Shown here: one piece after another, positions 1-8,000 of the stretch
Layout: each line of letters opens with the position of its first letter
Numbering within the stretch: position 1 is the stretch's first letter
From: an uncultured virus (IMG/VR IMGVR_UViG_3300042392_001468)
Lineage: Duplodnaviria; Heunggongvirae; Uroviricota; Caudoviricetes
Virus record (IMG/VR): IMGVR_UViG_3300042392_001468
Length of the DNA stretch: 20,000 nucleotides
Reading direction: 5' to 3' (one strand)
Notes under the pieces: generated by a model
The model's input: only the letters and a program-made list of their open reading frames with translations
Databases searched by the model: none
Told to the model about the DNA's origin: nothing
Made by a program: the position numbers and the translations under genes

Positions 1-408
1 GAGGCTGAAATCAAACAGGTGTGCGACTGCCGCCTCAATCTGGGCACTACCGCTCTGTACGCCGCCCGCGCCCAACTGCGCGGCCACCAAATCAACCGCA
101 CCCTTGTAGGCGACGGCCCGCTCAATCGAATCCTGGTCGGCCTTGCTTTTGCCCATAGGGGGTCGGCCTCCACCGCCTGCCCCCATTGCCTTCTTCAACT
201 TCGGGGGGAACTTGGGGTTGCTCTTGTCTAGGGTGCCTTCAATGGATTGCCCGGGAGTTGGTGCCGGAGTCGCGGGCTTTTGAGCAATCTCAGCCGGGCC
301 TTGGTACCCATCGTCACCCTTGATCGTCAGCTTGTAAGAAATAAGCGGTCCATTCTTGGACTCAAACTCCCGAGTCCCGGTTACTCCCTCTACAGTGTAA
401 TTGCTCAT
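1..408 (-). CDS. Putative phage single-stranded DNA-binding / recombination protein (runs off the left edge)
   Basis: Not in the ORF track; translated by hand. ATG at 408 overlaps the upstream stop (ATGA) and the frame stays open to position 1: MSNYTVEGVTGTREFESKNGPLISYKLTIKGDDGYQGPAEIAQKPATPAPTPGQSIEGTLDKSNPKFPPKLKKAMGAGGGGRPPMGKSKADQDSIERAVAYKGAVDLVAAQ... It has a beta-rich (OB-like) N-terminus, a Gly linker and a 'SIERAVAYKGAVDL' helix reminiscent of phage SSB-like proteins. The ORF is well supported; the function is inference. Confidence 0.55.
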   Translation of the reverse strand, partial: MSNYTVEGVTGTREFESKNGPLISYKLTIKGDDGYQGPAEIAQKPATPAPTPGQSIEGTLDKSNPKFPPKLKKAMGAGGGGRPPMGKSKADQDSIERAVAYKGAVDLVAAQLGAGGVQSGSAQIEAAVAHLFDFSL

Positions 409-563
409 GTTTCCTTCCTGTATGCGTCTATCGCTTTGTCTACTGCCTTGTCGAAAGTTGTGTGGCACTTGATTAGCATTGCCGCTCGACGGGTAGCGTC
501 TTTATCCAAAAGTGCTTCAATCACGCCAGGCGAAAAACCAATTTCGATTACAAAACCATTCAT
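405..563 (-). CDS. Hypothetical protein (52 aa)
   Basis: C-terminal half of track ORF 405..716. The start is reassigned to the ATG at 563 (MNGFVIEIGFSPG...), which forms an ATGA overlap with the upstream stop; its own stop overlaps the next ATG. Confidence 0.65.
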   Translation of the reverse strand: MNGFVIEIGFSPGVIEALLDKDATRRAAMLIKCHTTFDKAVDKAIDAYRKET

Positions 564-757
564 TTCTTCCCCGCTGCTAGTGCGGCCAGATTTGCGGGGT
601 CGAAATAACCTTGATCGGTAAAGTAATGAGCGAGCGCGAGCCGACAAATTGCTGATTCGCTTCGGTGTTCGTAGCGGGCTGCTGCGCCAAGCATTACTGA
701 AAGATCGTCCGAACATTTGAAACTGACCCTAGCATTGCCTGTGTAGGGATCATTCAT
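560..757 (-). CDS. Ribbon-helix-helix (CopG/Arc-like) DNA-binding protein
   Basis: MNDPYTGNARVSFKCSDDLSVMLGAAARYEHRSESAICRLALAHYF shows the strand-helix-helix RHH pattern. GGAGG SD and ATGA overlap at 754-757. Confidence 0.75.
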   Translation of the reverse strand: MNDPYTGNARVSFKCSDDLSVMLGAAARYEHRSESAICRLALAHYFTDQGYFDPANLAALAAGKK

Positions 758-1125
758 GTTTGATCCTCCTTTCTGTAAACCTGTTCCATTTCCCACTCGA
801 GGTCATATGCGAATATGAAGTCGTGGGTGAAGCCCGGGAGTTGGTGGTAGTAGACCCGCATGAAGCCGTTGTCCAGTTTGTGATGATACGCCCGGCAGCC
901 GGGCACACCGTTTCGGGCATCCCAGACCATAGCCAGCGTTTCGGCCTCATCGTATCCTCGGTCCCTGGCTATCCGCTTCAACTTCTGTTTGCTCAGTAGG
1001 TGGCAGGGATCTATCGGGCCGTCGCAAGCATGGGGGGTGATCGTATTCAGCCAGCACGGACCCCGACCTAGTACGGCGCGGTAGAAATCGTGCCTGGCTT
1101 CCCGGGCTGCTTTAGTTTCTCTCAC
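754..1125 (-). CDS. HNH-family endonuclease (Zn-binding)
   Basis: C..C, 'DPCHLL', 'WDARNGVPGCRAYHHKLD' match the HNH/beta-beta-alpha-Me pattern. Start reassigned to GTG 1125 (GTGA overlap, AGGAGG SD 7 nt upstream). Confidence 0.7.
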   Translation of the reverse strand: MRETKAAREARHDFYRAVLGRGPCWLNTITPHACDGPIDPCHLLSKQKLKRIARDRGYDEAETLAMVWDARNGVPGCRAYHHKLDNGFMRVYYHQLPGFTHDFIFAYDLEWEMEQVYRKEDQT

Positions 1126-1427
1126 TCCCACTTCCTCCTTCCAAGGGCTTCCAAGTGTGCCTTGAAAACCCCGGCCTCCTGTTGCTTGTTGGTATCCAGT
1201 AGCCATTGCCATACTTCCCAGCCCGAATACAGGTGGGATTTGCCCGCAAGCCAAGCGTGGTCAGGAAACTCTTTATGGCTAGGCCAGTTACGCGCCCTGG
1301 CACCAAACAATTCGTCTAATGCCCCGCCCGTCCACAATCCACCCATGCGGGCGATCAACTTGCGGAACTCGTAAGCGGTCAGCATGTTCATCTGCGGTGC
1401 GACCTTGGAAGGGTACTTGTCTCCCAT
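1122..1427 (-). CDS. AlpA/excisionase-like winged-helix DNA-binding protein
   Basis: 'NWPSHKEFPDHAWLAGKSHLYSGWEVWQWL' resembles the FP..G...L(W/Y)...EV..W wing of AlpA/Xis proteins. TAATG overlap at 1425-1429 with a GGGAG SD. Confidence 0.5.
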   Translation of the reverse strand: MGDKYPSKVAPQMNMLTAYEFRKLIARMGGLWTGGALDELFGARARNWPSHKEFPDHAWLAGKSHLYSGWEVWQWLLDTNKQQEAGVFKAHLEALGRRKWE

Positions 1428-1702
1428 TACTGCTCCCATCCGGCAGCGCGGGCTTCGGCGGTTTCTGCCAACCGTTCTGCTCCGTAGTCAATATCCTCGC
1501 GGCGGCGGTTGAACAAGCCCCTAGCGGCCTGCCATGGCTTAGGATCATTAGCCCCGTCTTGGCATCCCCAATGAATCGGGCTTTCAGGCGTGGCCGAACT
1601 TGCCTTCGCTTGGCTCCGCTTTATTGGTTGCCCGCACTTGACGCAAGTTGTGCCATCAAATGACGCGACCCTCTCTCTGTGCCTTGCTGCGTAGTCTCTC
1701 AT
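1427..1702 (-). CDS. Small zinc-finger protein; first gene of the leftward early operon
   Basis: CxxC...HxxC motif (CVKC...HWGC); SD-like AGGAAGG upstream of ATG 1702. Confidence 0.7.
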   Translation of the reverse strand: MRDYAARHRERVASFDGTTCVKCGQPIKRSQAKASSATPESPIHWGCQDGANDPKPWQAARGLFNRRREDIDYGAERLAETAEARAAGWEQ

Positions 1703-1773
1703 GGTGCCTTCCTGTGGTGGTTGAATCTTCTAGGTCTTACCTTATGGCATCTGTCAAGGGGTATGCTGTATCT
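1703..1773. promoter_or_regulatory. Divergent promoter region
   Basis: Intergenic gap between divergent genes. Plus strand: TATGCT (1762-1767) lies 6 nt before ATG 1774, the geometry of a leaderless transcript. Minus strand: perfect TTGACA (1757-1752), but no optimally spaced -10. Confidence 0.45.
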
Positions 1774-2310
1774 ATGGAAATTGAAGCCCGGAAACCGGCT
1801 ACCCCACAAGATATGACCGAACTTGACATTGCGGAGGGGCTTCGGATGCTTGCGCTTTACGGCGGAAACTCGGCCAAAGCATCGGCAGCCTTGCTTTCGG
1901 AAGGCCGTCCAATCTCAGCCAGCACCCTACAGCGTTGGAAATCGGAAACCTACCCCGTTCAATACGAGGACATTGTTTACCGGCTGCGCCAGGACATAGG
2001 CCAAAAAGTGTCGGATGGCGCTATGGAAACCGCAACCGCTGCCCACGCGCTCGAGGCGGAAATGATCGCACAGGCCCAACAGAACCTCCATGAAATCCCG
2101 GCCAAGGATCTGCCCAAGGCGGCGCTCAACATGGCACAAGTCAAACGAACGAACATTGAAGTAGCCCGGCTGCTTAGAAACGAACCGACTGCGATCACAG
2201 AAGTACGCGACTACTCTGAATCCCTTGACGAACTCAAGGCGCTTGGGATCATCGAGGTTGAGGCAGAAGAAGTGGAGAACGACGAACGGCCAGCCCCACC
2301 ACCAGGCTGA
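1774..2310 (+). CDS. Terminase small subunit-like HTH protein
   Basis: N-terminal HTH (GNSAKASAALLSEGRPISASTLQRWK), a helical hairpin, 'RLLRNEPTAITEV' and an acidic 'IIEVEAEEV' tail, an architecture typical of TerS. Likely start is MEIEARKP (1774) rather than 1648. Confidence 0.55.
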   Translation: MEIEARKPATPQDMTELDIAEGLRMLALYGGNSAKASAALLSEGRPISASTLQRWKSETYPVQYEDIVYRLRQDIGQKVSDGAMETATAAHALEAEMIAQAQQNLHEIPAKDLPKAALNMAQVKRTNIEVARLLRNEPTAITEVRDYSESLDELKALGIIEVEAEEVENDERPAPPPG

Positions 2311-2326
2311 CCGTTGCGCCTCCCAC

Positions 2327-2379
2327 AAGCCTGACTTTCCCGCATGGACGGACGGGAAACGAAGGAAGGTGTCAGGCTT
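2327..2379. terminator. Nested inverted repeat between convergent genes; possible bidirectional terminator or structured RNA
   Basis: Outer 9-bp IR AAGCCTGAC (2327-2335) / GTCAGGCTT (2371-2379); inner 7-bp IR TTTCCCG (2336-2342) / CGGGAAA (2353-2359). No clear U-tract. Confidence 0.45.
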
Positions 2380-2400
2380 AGAACAACCTTACCAAGAGTG

Positions 2401-2802
2401 TCAAGTTTTCCAGCGTTTTCGTTGTAGGGCGGCGTGGGCAAGGGAAAAATGGTGAACGGCCTCGAGCAAGTCTGGGTCAATATCTTCTATGCCTTTGCGC
2501 CGGTCATTGAGCCAGTCAAAAAAAGCGTAGTTCATGCCGTCAGCGGCTTCTTCTAAGCCTTCGCCGCAGTTGTCCCGACCTATGTATTTCATGCCAAATG
2601 AGAACCTGCCTGCCAACTCCCTTTGCTGGGCTTGTCGGATTGATTGGGCTGAAAAGCCCGGGAGGTCGGCCAGCATCCCGAAAAACTCTGCGAAGGTATC
2701 GTCCGAGGATTGAATGTTTGGCGCATGACGCATACCGCATCGAAGGCAATGGTCGGGTCGGCGGTCGTTTAGGCGAGGGCGGTCACACCGGCAATACTTC
2801 AT
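2401..2802 (-). CDS. Zn-ribbon plus MazG-like (all-alpha NTP pyrophosphatase-like) protein
   Basis: N-terminal CxC...CxxC; 'RELAGRFSFGMKYIGRDNCGEGLEEAADGMNY' resembles the E..EE..D...Y acidic helix of all-alpha NTP-PPases. ATGA overlap at 2799-2802. Confidence 0.45.
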   Translation of the reverse strand: MKYCRCDRPRLNDRRPDHCLRCGMRHAPNIQSSDDTFAEFFGMLADLPGFSAQSIRQAQQRELAGRFSFGMKYIGRDNCGEGLEEAADGMNYAFFDWLNDRRKGIEDIDPDLLEAVHHFSLAHAALQRKRWKT

Positions 2803-3998
2803 TCGCACTCAAGGAATGAAACATCGGTAAGGCCGCGCTTCGGATGGAAGGTTGAAAGAACCTGGCACGGCGGCTGTCCACCACCAAACGCTTTGAGGGA
2901 ATATTCGTCTACTCCCTTGATTGAACCGTTCACGATAATCCTTCCCTGCTCTACAGCGTTAGCTTGATGAAAATGCCCGTTGTGAAAATAATCAACCGGG
3001 ATGCCGCCCGAAACATACTGATTGCGAAGCGCATTGACTCGGCGGCTAACCCCGCCCCACGGAATCCCGGGCATACTTGACCGAACACCGTCACCATGCC
3101 ACAGCAGGTTCGCAAACCTGTCGGCTACCATAACCCTGTGCTGATTGGCTTTGGGAATGTCGAAAGAAATCCTTTTGTTTCTTTTCAGCGAGGTAGCCAT
3201 AACATGATAGGCCGTCCAGTCTGCGTTGTCGTAGCCCTGCTTGGCCCACGGTTTCTTGTGCGCCCTGGGGTGATTACCTACAACGCCCGCAAACTCGATC
3301 AACTCAAACCGCTCGGTCAAAGATTCCAGCCACTCGGCACCGTCTAGGCCCAATTGAACCGTCGCCTCTGCCAAGGGGATTTCGTTGGTCGCTTCCAGTT
3401 CGCCATGAATGTTCCCTGAAAGCATATCCCCAAGCGCAAATACATGGAGTTTGCGAACCGGGTATGGGCGGTTGTCCTGATACGAGAAAAGCGCCTCACG
3501 CAAGCGGTCCTGCCGCTTCAACATGATTTCCCAATTGTATTCGTTCAACCCGCCCGTTTCCTCGAGGGAAACGACTTCCCCGGCATGAAGGTCCGACCAA
3601 TCCAGCACGAACACATGCTCAGTTTTCTTGCGGTGAGACTTGGGGATTACCTGCGGGGAATATTTAGATTTACAGCGGCCCGCTGCGTCCTCTACAGCCC
3701 GGGCAACCCGTTCGTCATAAACATTGTCTTTGCGATCTTTGCGAAGGGCTGATTCAAGTTCTTTGATTCGCTGTTGAGCAATTTCAAGCTCAGAAACTTC
3801 TTCCCTTGCCTCGGGCTGGGGGCTTGGAGGTTTAGCGGTTGGCTTTTTAGCCGTATTCAAACCATGCTTTTGAGCATGGTCGCTGAGGGTACTTCTTGAT
3901 ATTCCCAAGTCCCGCGCAACTTGCGAAACTCCTTTTTCATCTAATTGCGCTTGAAGTTTTTCAAGGCTCGGGTAAACATGAATGGTTTGACCGCCCAC
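2799..3998 (-). CDS. HTH-fused calcineurin-like metallophosphoesterase
   Basis: All five motifs are present: SDLH, LGDM, VGNH, WHGD, GHFH. N-terminal HTH (GVSQVARDLGISRSTLSDH) and coiled coil. GTG start with AAAGGG SD. Confidence 0.85.
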   Translation of the reverse strand: MGGQTIHVYPSLEKLQAQLDEKGVSQVARDLGISRSTLSDHAQKHGLNTAKKPTAKPPSPQPEAREEVSELEIAQQRIKELESALRKDRKDNVYDERVARAVEDAAGRCKSKYSPQVIPKSHRKKTEHVFVLDWSDLHAGEVVSLEETGGLNEYNWEIMLKRQDRLREALFSYQDNRPYPVRKLHVFALGDMLSGNIHGELEATNEIPLAEATVQLGLDGAEWLESLTERFELIEFAGVVGNHPRAHKKPWAKQGYDNADWTAYHVMATSLKRNKRISFDIPKANQHRVMVADRFANLLWHGDGVRSSMPGIPWGGVSRRVNALRNQYVSGGIPVDYFHNGHFHQANAVEQGRIIVNGSIKGVDEYSLKAFGGGQPPCQVLSTFHPKRGLTDVSFLECE

Positions 3999-4041
3999 TA
4001 TTCCCTTTCAGTTGTACGAAACGGCTGACGAATTGTAGGAT

Positions 4042-4206
4042 TCAGTCAGTCAGCCTGGGATCGTTGGGCACTAGGTAAACCAAGAGCGCGGTAATCAGCG
4101 TCGTTACTGCTACAACAATTTCTGGCTCCACAGAAACACCCTGCGTTGCTAGAATTGTAACAATCGCACCGATCACAGCAGCGACCGTCTTTCGGTATTC
4201 GCTCAT
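4042..4206 (-). CDS. Holin-like 2-TM protein (54 aa)
   Basis: Hand translation: MSEYRKTVAAVIGAIVTILATQGVSVEPEIVVAVTTLITALLVYLVPNDPRLTD. Two hydrophobic helices, 'YRK' start and 'VPN' near the end, as in actinophage holins. AAAGGA SD; immediately downstream of the endolysin. Track ORF 4046..4234 is the wrong frame. Confidence 0.8.
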   Translation of the reverse strand: MSEYRKTVAAVIGAIVTILATQGVSVEPEIVVAVTTLITALLVYLVPNDPRLTD

Positions 4207-4218
4207 CTGTTTCCTTTC

Positions 4219-4716
4219 TTACCAAGAGTTCCAACGCGCACGATACGGGCGAGCGTCAGTATGAATGTTGCCACCAGGGTATACACCAATACCGTTGTTC
4301 TTCCAAATGGCTTCACAGGCTGCGAGAAACTTGTCACGGCCAAAACGGTTGATTGTGCTTATGTCCCAATCGCAAGCGTCGGCTTGCATGTGGCGGGATT
4401 GGCTTGCTCCACCTACGGCAGCGTTGTGGGCCGGGGAGCGGTAATAGGAAAGAGCGCCAAGGGGTTTGTCTCCAAGGCGATGCCGTAGCCGTTCGCACTT
4501 GAACGCTTGCCGCTGTGCGTTTTCCCGCAAGTTGCTAGGTACAGGGCTGCCGTCTTTTGACTCCCACTCATTGCGGGTAAAATTGGGTGAAACATACCCA
4601 TTTCGCCAGCAAAACTTTTGAAACTTGCCAGAACGCTTTGCCAACGGACCATATGGGTATTTCCACATGCGACGAAAAGGATGAAGCCTGCCGTGTTTGC
4701 CTGGGAACTTTGCCAT
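4219..4716 (-). CDS. Endolysin, peptidase M15A (Zn D-Ala-D-Ala carboxypeptidase fold)
   Basis: 'SPNFTRNEW.SKDG', 'SYYRSPAHNAAVGGASQSRHMQADACD' and 'GIGVYPGGNIHTDAR' are Peptidase_M15_3 motifs. Likely start MAKFPGK (ATG 4716) with AGGAG SD. Confidence 0.85.
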   Translation of the reverse strand: MAKFPGKHGRLHPFRRMWKYPYGPLAKRSGKFQKFCWRNGYVSPNFTRNEWESKDGSPVPSNLRENAQRQAFKCERLRHRLGDKPLGALSYYRSPAHNAAVGGASQSRHMQADACDWDISTINRFGRDKFLAACEAIWKNNGIGVYPGGNIHTDARPYRARWNSW

Positions 4717-4763
4717 TACTCTCCTGAAATTGCCTGTACGCAATCTATCGCATTTGCCGGTTG

Positions 4764-4856
4764 TTACAAAATCCAACGGAAATTCATCGCCGCAAGAATC
4801 AACGAAACTACAACGACATAAACACTTGTGCGTGGGTAGCGGCGCAGGTCGCTCAT
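4764..4856 (-). CDS. Single-TM microprotein (30 aa), putative lysis accessory
   Basis: MSDLRRYPRTSVYVVVVSLILAAMNFRWIL; its ATG overlaps the upstream stop (ATGA 4853-4856). It is the C-terminal part of track ORF 4764..5030. Confidence 0.6.
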   Translation of the reverse strand: MSDLRRYPRTSVYVVVVSLILAAMNFRWIL

Positions 4857-5023
4857 GGCTTGTGACTTCCCTTGTCTCGGGCCAGAATAGCTGGTAGCCC
4901 GCACATTGCGGCGAACAGTACGAGTAACTGGGGGTCGGAGGACGGAGTGATTACCGTTTCGTGGATGATCCCCGCTAACCCCGTCACGAATAGGGCTAAG
5001 TCTCGGCTTGGTCGCCATTTCAT
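4853..5023 (-). CDS. Small 2-TM membrane protein (56 aa), holin-like or lysis-associated
   Basis: Hand translation: MKWRPSRDLALFVTGLAGIIHETVITPSSDPQLLVLFAAMCGLPAILARDKGSHKP. Two hydrophobic segments; GGTGAAGG upstream; ATGA coupling to the next ORF. Below the track's length cutoff. Confidence 0.75.
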   Translation of the reverse strand: MKWRPSRDLALFVTGLAGIIHETVITPSSDPQLLVLFAAMCGLPAILARDKGSHKP

Positions 5024-5051
5024 CCTTCACCGTTTTTCTGCCCTTGTCGTT

Positions 5052-8000
5052 TCATCGTTTTTTTGGTTTCGGTTTGACATATTTTGGTAGTCCAGCAAGG
5101 GACTCTGCGACAGATTTTACCTTGTCTGACTCACTATTCTGGCTGGCTTCTGACACATTGACAGCGGCAGAAGGTAGATCCATTTCTGTGCCCGTTCCCC
5201 AATTGAGTATTGAACCGTCAGGGTTACGGAAGTTTTGAAGGTTGTTGATGGCGTTACTTTGGGTGCCCGGGGTTTCGGTAGTGCTGCTGGTAGTGCCGCC
5301 TGTGGTACCGCCACCAGTCGTGCCGGAAGCGGCTGCGGCTTTTGCCCGCGCTGCGGCCTTGACTTGCTGCATGGGGGAGGTCGGCGTACTTTGCGGCATA
5401 CCATCCGTGTACGCATTGGCGGCATCACCGACAAGTTCAACATGCCAATCTTCGCCCGGTACGGGAAGCCCGAGTCCAAATTGCGAGAGAAGTTCACGCT
5501 GTTTGTCGGTGAGGTTTACATCTGCGGCCCTACCGAACTCATGGTTAGAGGTTCCTGGCACCGCCGCAAGTGCGCCGCCCGCTTGGTAGTCGGCGTAAGC
5601 CGCTTCCTGTTCTGCCCTAGTTCGGAAACCTGAGTTGAATGAGATAGGTTCGCCGGAAGCCTTAGCGAGTTGTAGCAGGGCATTGGCAAGCGGCGGCTGG
5701 AATCGCAACAAAGTGTTTTCATCTGGGGCGAACCACTCTGTTTTGCTGGTTCCCTGTTTACCGCCCTGTGAGAAGTCGCCCGTAGCCTGGGGGTTTGTTG
5801 GGGCATCTTCGGGCACTTCGTACACACCCATGCGCTTGCCACGCTCAACCATTTGCCAGAACCTTTCTTTGGCTTGCTGTTGGTTGCCTGTATTGATGGG
5901 TGTTGCTGTTACATCTTGCCAAGGGATGCCGTCTTGGTAGCCCGCCGCATCCCATCCAGAACCGCGTAGCACTTCAACCTGTTCCTCTGGGGATTTGCCT
6001 ACAGCGTTAGGCAGGATGCCGGGAATACCTGCCCCTGCGCCCCATTTCTCGCCTCGCAAGAACGCTGCGGTCGCCTTAGCCGCAGTCGCGGGGCTACCAA
6101 ACTCCGGTGCTTCCATATGCGGGCCTATGTTCAACCAATTGTGATAATCGCGGGCTTCATAATCGCCCGATGCGTAGCCCTGCTCTGCCAGCACCCAACC
6201 GCCAACAACCTTTGGGTCAAGGCCGGTTTCTTTAGCAAGAACTTGTGCGAAAGTGCGTTGTGATTTTGACAAACCGGGTGCTGAAATCTTTGCGCTACCG
6301 CTTCCAAACGCCTTGACTTTTTGGGCACGGATCTTCTTGGCAAAGGCAACCTGACGCTTACGGGGAACATTCTTCATCGGTTCAATGCCCGCGCCTGCCG
6401 GGATGCGCTCGGCTGGGGGCGTGTTCGCGGGCTGATCCCTGTAGGTCGTGATCGGTGTCTTGGGCGTGTAGCCAGGCTGCGTAGCGTCGTAGTTGTAGCC
6501 GCCGCTTGACAATGATGCCTGTGTGGTTCGGGGGGTGTTGCTTAGACCTTCGCCTAATGAATCGCCAGCATTGCCGGTTTGTGCCAGCATCTTCTTTGCC
6601 TGCCTGTAGCCCGGGTATTCGGTCCCGCCCCATCTTTGCATGTATTGCTGTTTTACCTGATCTTGTTCGTCATAACGGGCTTGTACGACTTCCTGTTTGA
6701 TCGTTGAATCGTTGGGCAACGGTGCGCCTACCTTCTTTGCGTACTCCACGATCTGACGATTGAGTTTTTCTACCCTGTCGGAGCCATATTTGTTCATGCC
6801 CGAAAGTTTGATGTACCGTTTTGCCAATCTTTTTTCTTCGGCAGTACGAGGTTCGCCCGACAAACCTTCTGCCTCTTGTGCCCGGCGTTCGGCAGCCAGT
6901 TTTCGGCCAACATCGTAAAGACTTTGATTCTTGCGGCCTCGGAAAGTGACACGCGGGTACTTGCCCCTGGCCGTAGTCTGAGCGTCCTCGCGGGCACGGT
7001 ACAGGCGGTCAAGTTCCTGTTCCTGCTGCTTTCCTTCTACGGGTTCCGGGGTTAAGGCAAACAGGTTGCGTCGGATGCGGTCGCGGGTCAGGTTCGGATC
7101 GTCGCCAGCCTTCGGTTCTCTGCCGGGTGCGTTGGAGAAGATACTGAGGGGTTTCGTAAGATCAAACCCGTCGAGGCTGAGTTCGGGTGCGTCCTGCTCA
7201 CCTTGGATAATTTCCTTCGGTGAGTAGCCGGTTTCGCGCAATATCTCGCGGGGAGGGGCGGCAAGCAACAGGAATTCTTCAATCCATTGCCCGACCTTTG
7301 TTTTCATGCCCGGGTCAGGATTGGTAATGTCATCGTCTGGGTCAGACAGGCGGTTGCCGTACTGGTCTTTTTCACTTAGGAAGATTCGGGGAGCGCCGGA
7401 GGTCAGGGGCACTACTGCCTTGAACAAGTTACTGATGAGATCGCCTTCTTTTGAGAAGCCTGCTTCCATAAAGATATTGCCCGCGATTCCGGTACGGCTG
7501 AGAGGGGAAAGCATCGTCGGGTCGCCGTCCGGCCCGCCGTAAAGAACCGCTACCGCCCAATCATTCATCCAGCGGGGGTCGTAGTTCATCAGCCGCTCGA
7601 GGATTTCCGCGTTGAATTGTCCAAACATCGTTGCCAGTTGCCAGCGAACCGGGTGACGCTTGGGGAAGGTGCGAAGTGTCCAATCTAGCGAGAACCGGAC
7701 AAATGGGTAGAAGAAAACGACGCTGCCGATTTCGCGCTCGTAGCCGGGCTTCAAGTCGGTCCAGTTGCCGTAGAGTTCGTCAAGGTTCTTGGCGAGTAGC
7801 TGACCGGCTTCCATGCCTTCCCTTGAGTTGAGCCACTTGATCTGCTCGGCCCGGTTCATCTTCATAAGGATTCCCGAGGACCGTTCGATTACATCGTAGT
7901 TGCCCTGAATCGCCTTGGCGGTACGGCGCAAGGTAGACAACTCACGGTCGAGTTCGGCAAGCAATCCTGCCTCACGGATAAGGCTACCCTTCCACCTGTC

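Noticed and set aside
19..999. Plus-strand ORFs 19..231, 247..621 and 760..999
   Set aside because: Antisense to a perfectly coupled minus-strand operon, with no supporting motifs or SD sites.
1648..1773. Extended N-terminus of the plus-strand 220-aa ORF
   Set aside because: Overlaps the divergent gene start and the promoter region; ATG 1774 fits better.
4046..4234. Cys-rich 62-aa track ORF that looks metallothionein-like
   Set aside because: Alternative frame of the 54-aa holin (4042..4206), which has a good SD and a coherent 2-TM sequence. The Cys residues arise from shifted Val/Ala codons.
4857..5030. N-terminal part of track ORF 4764..5030
   Set aside because: Overlaps the better 56-aa membrane ORF in another frame; only the last 30 codons, from the ATGA-coupled start, are credible.
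5430..5715. VanY-like domain as a vancomycin-resistance gene
   Set aside because: It is fused within a virion protein with no van cluster; M15 domains are common phage wall hydrolases.
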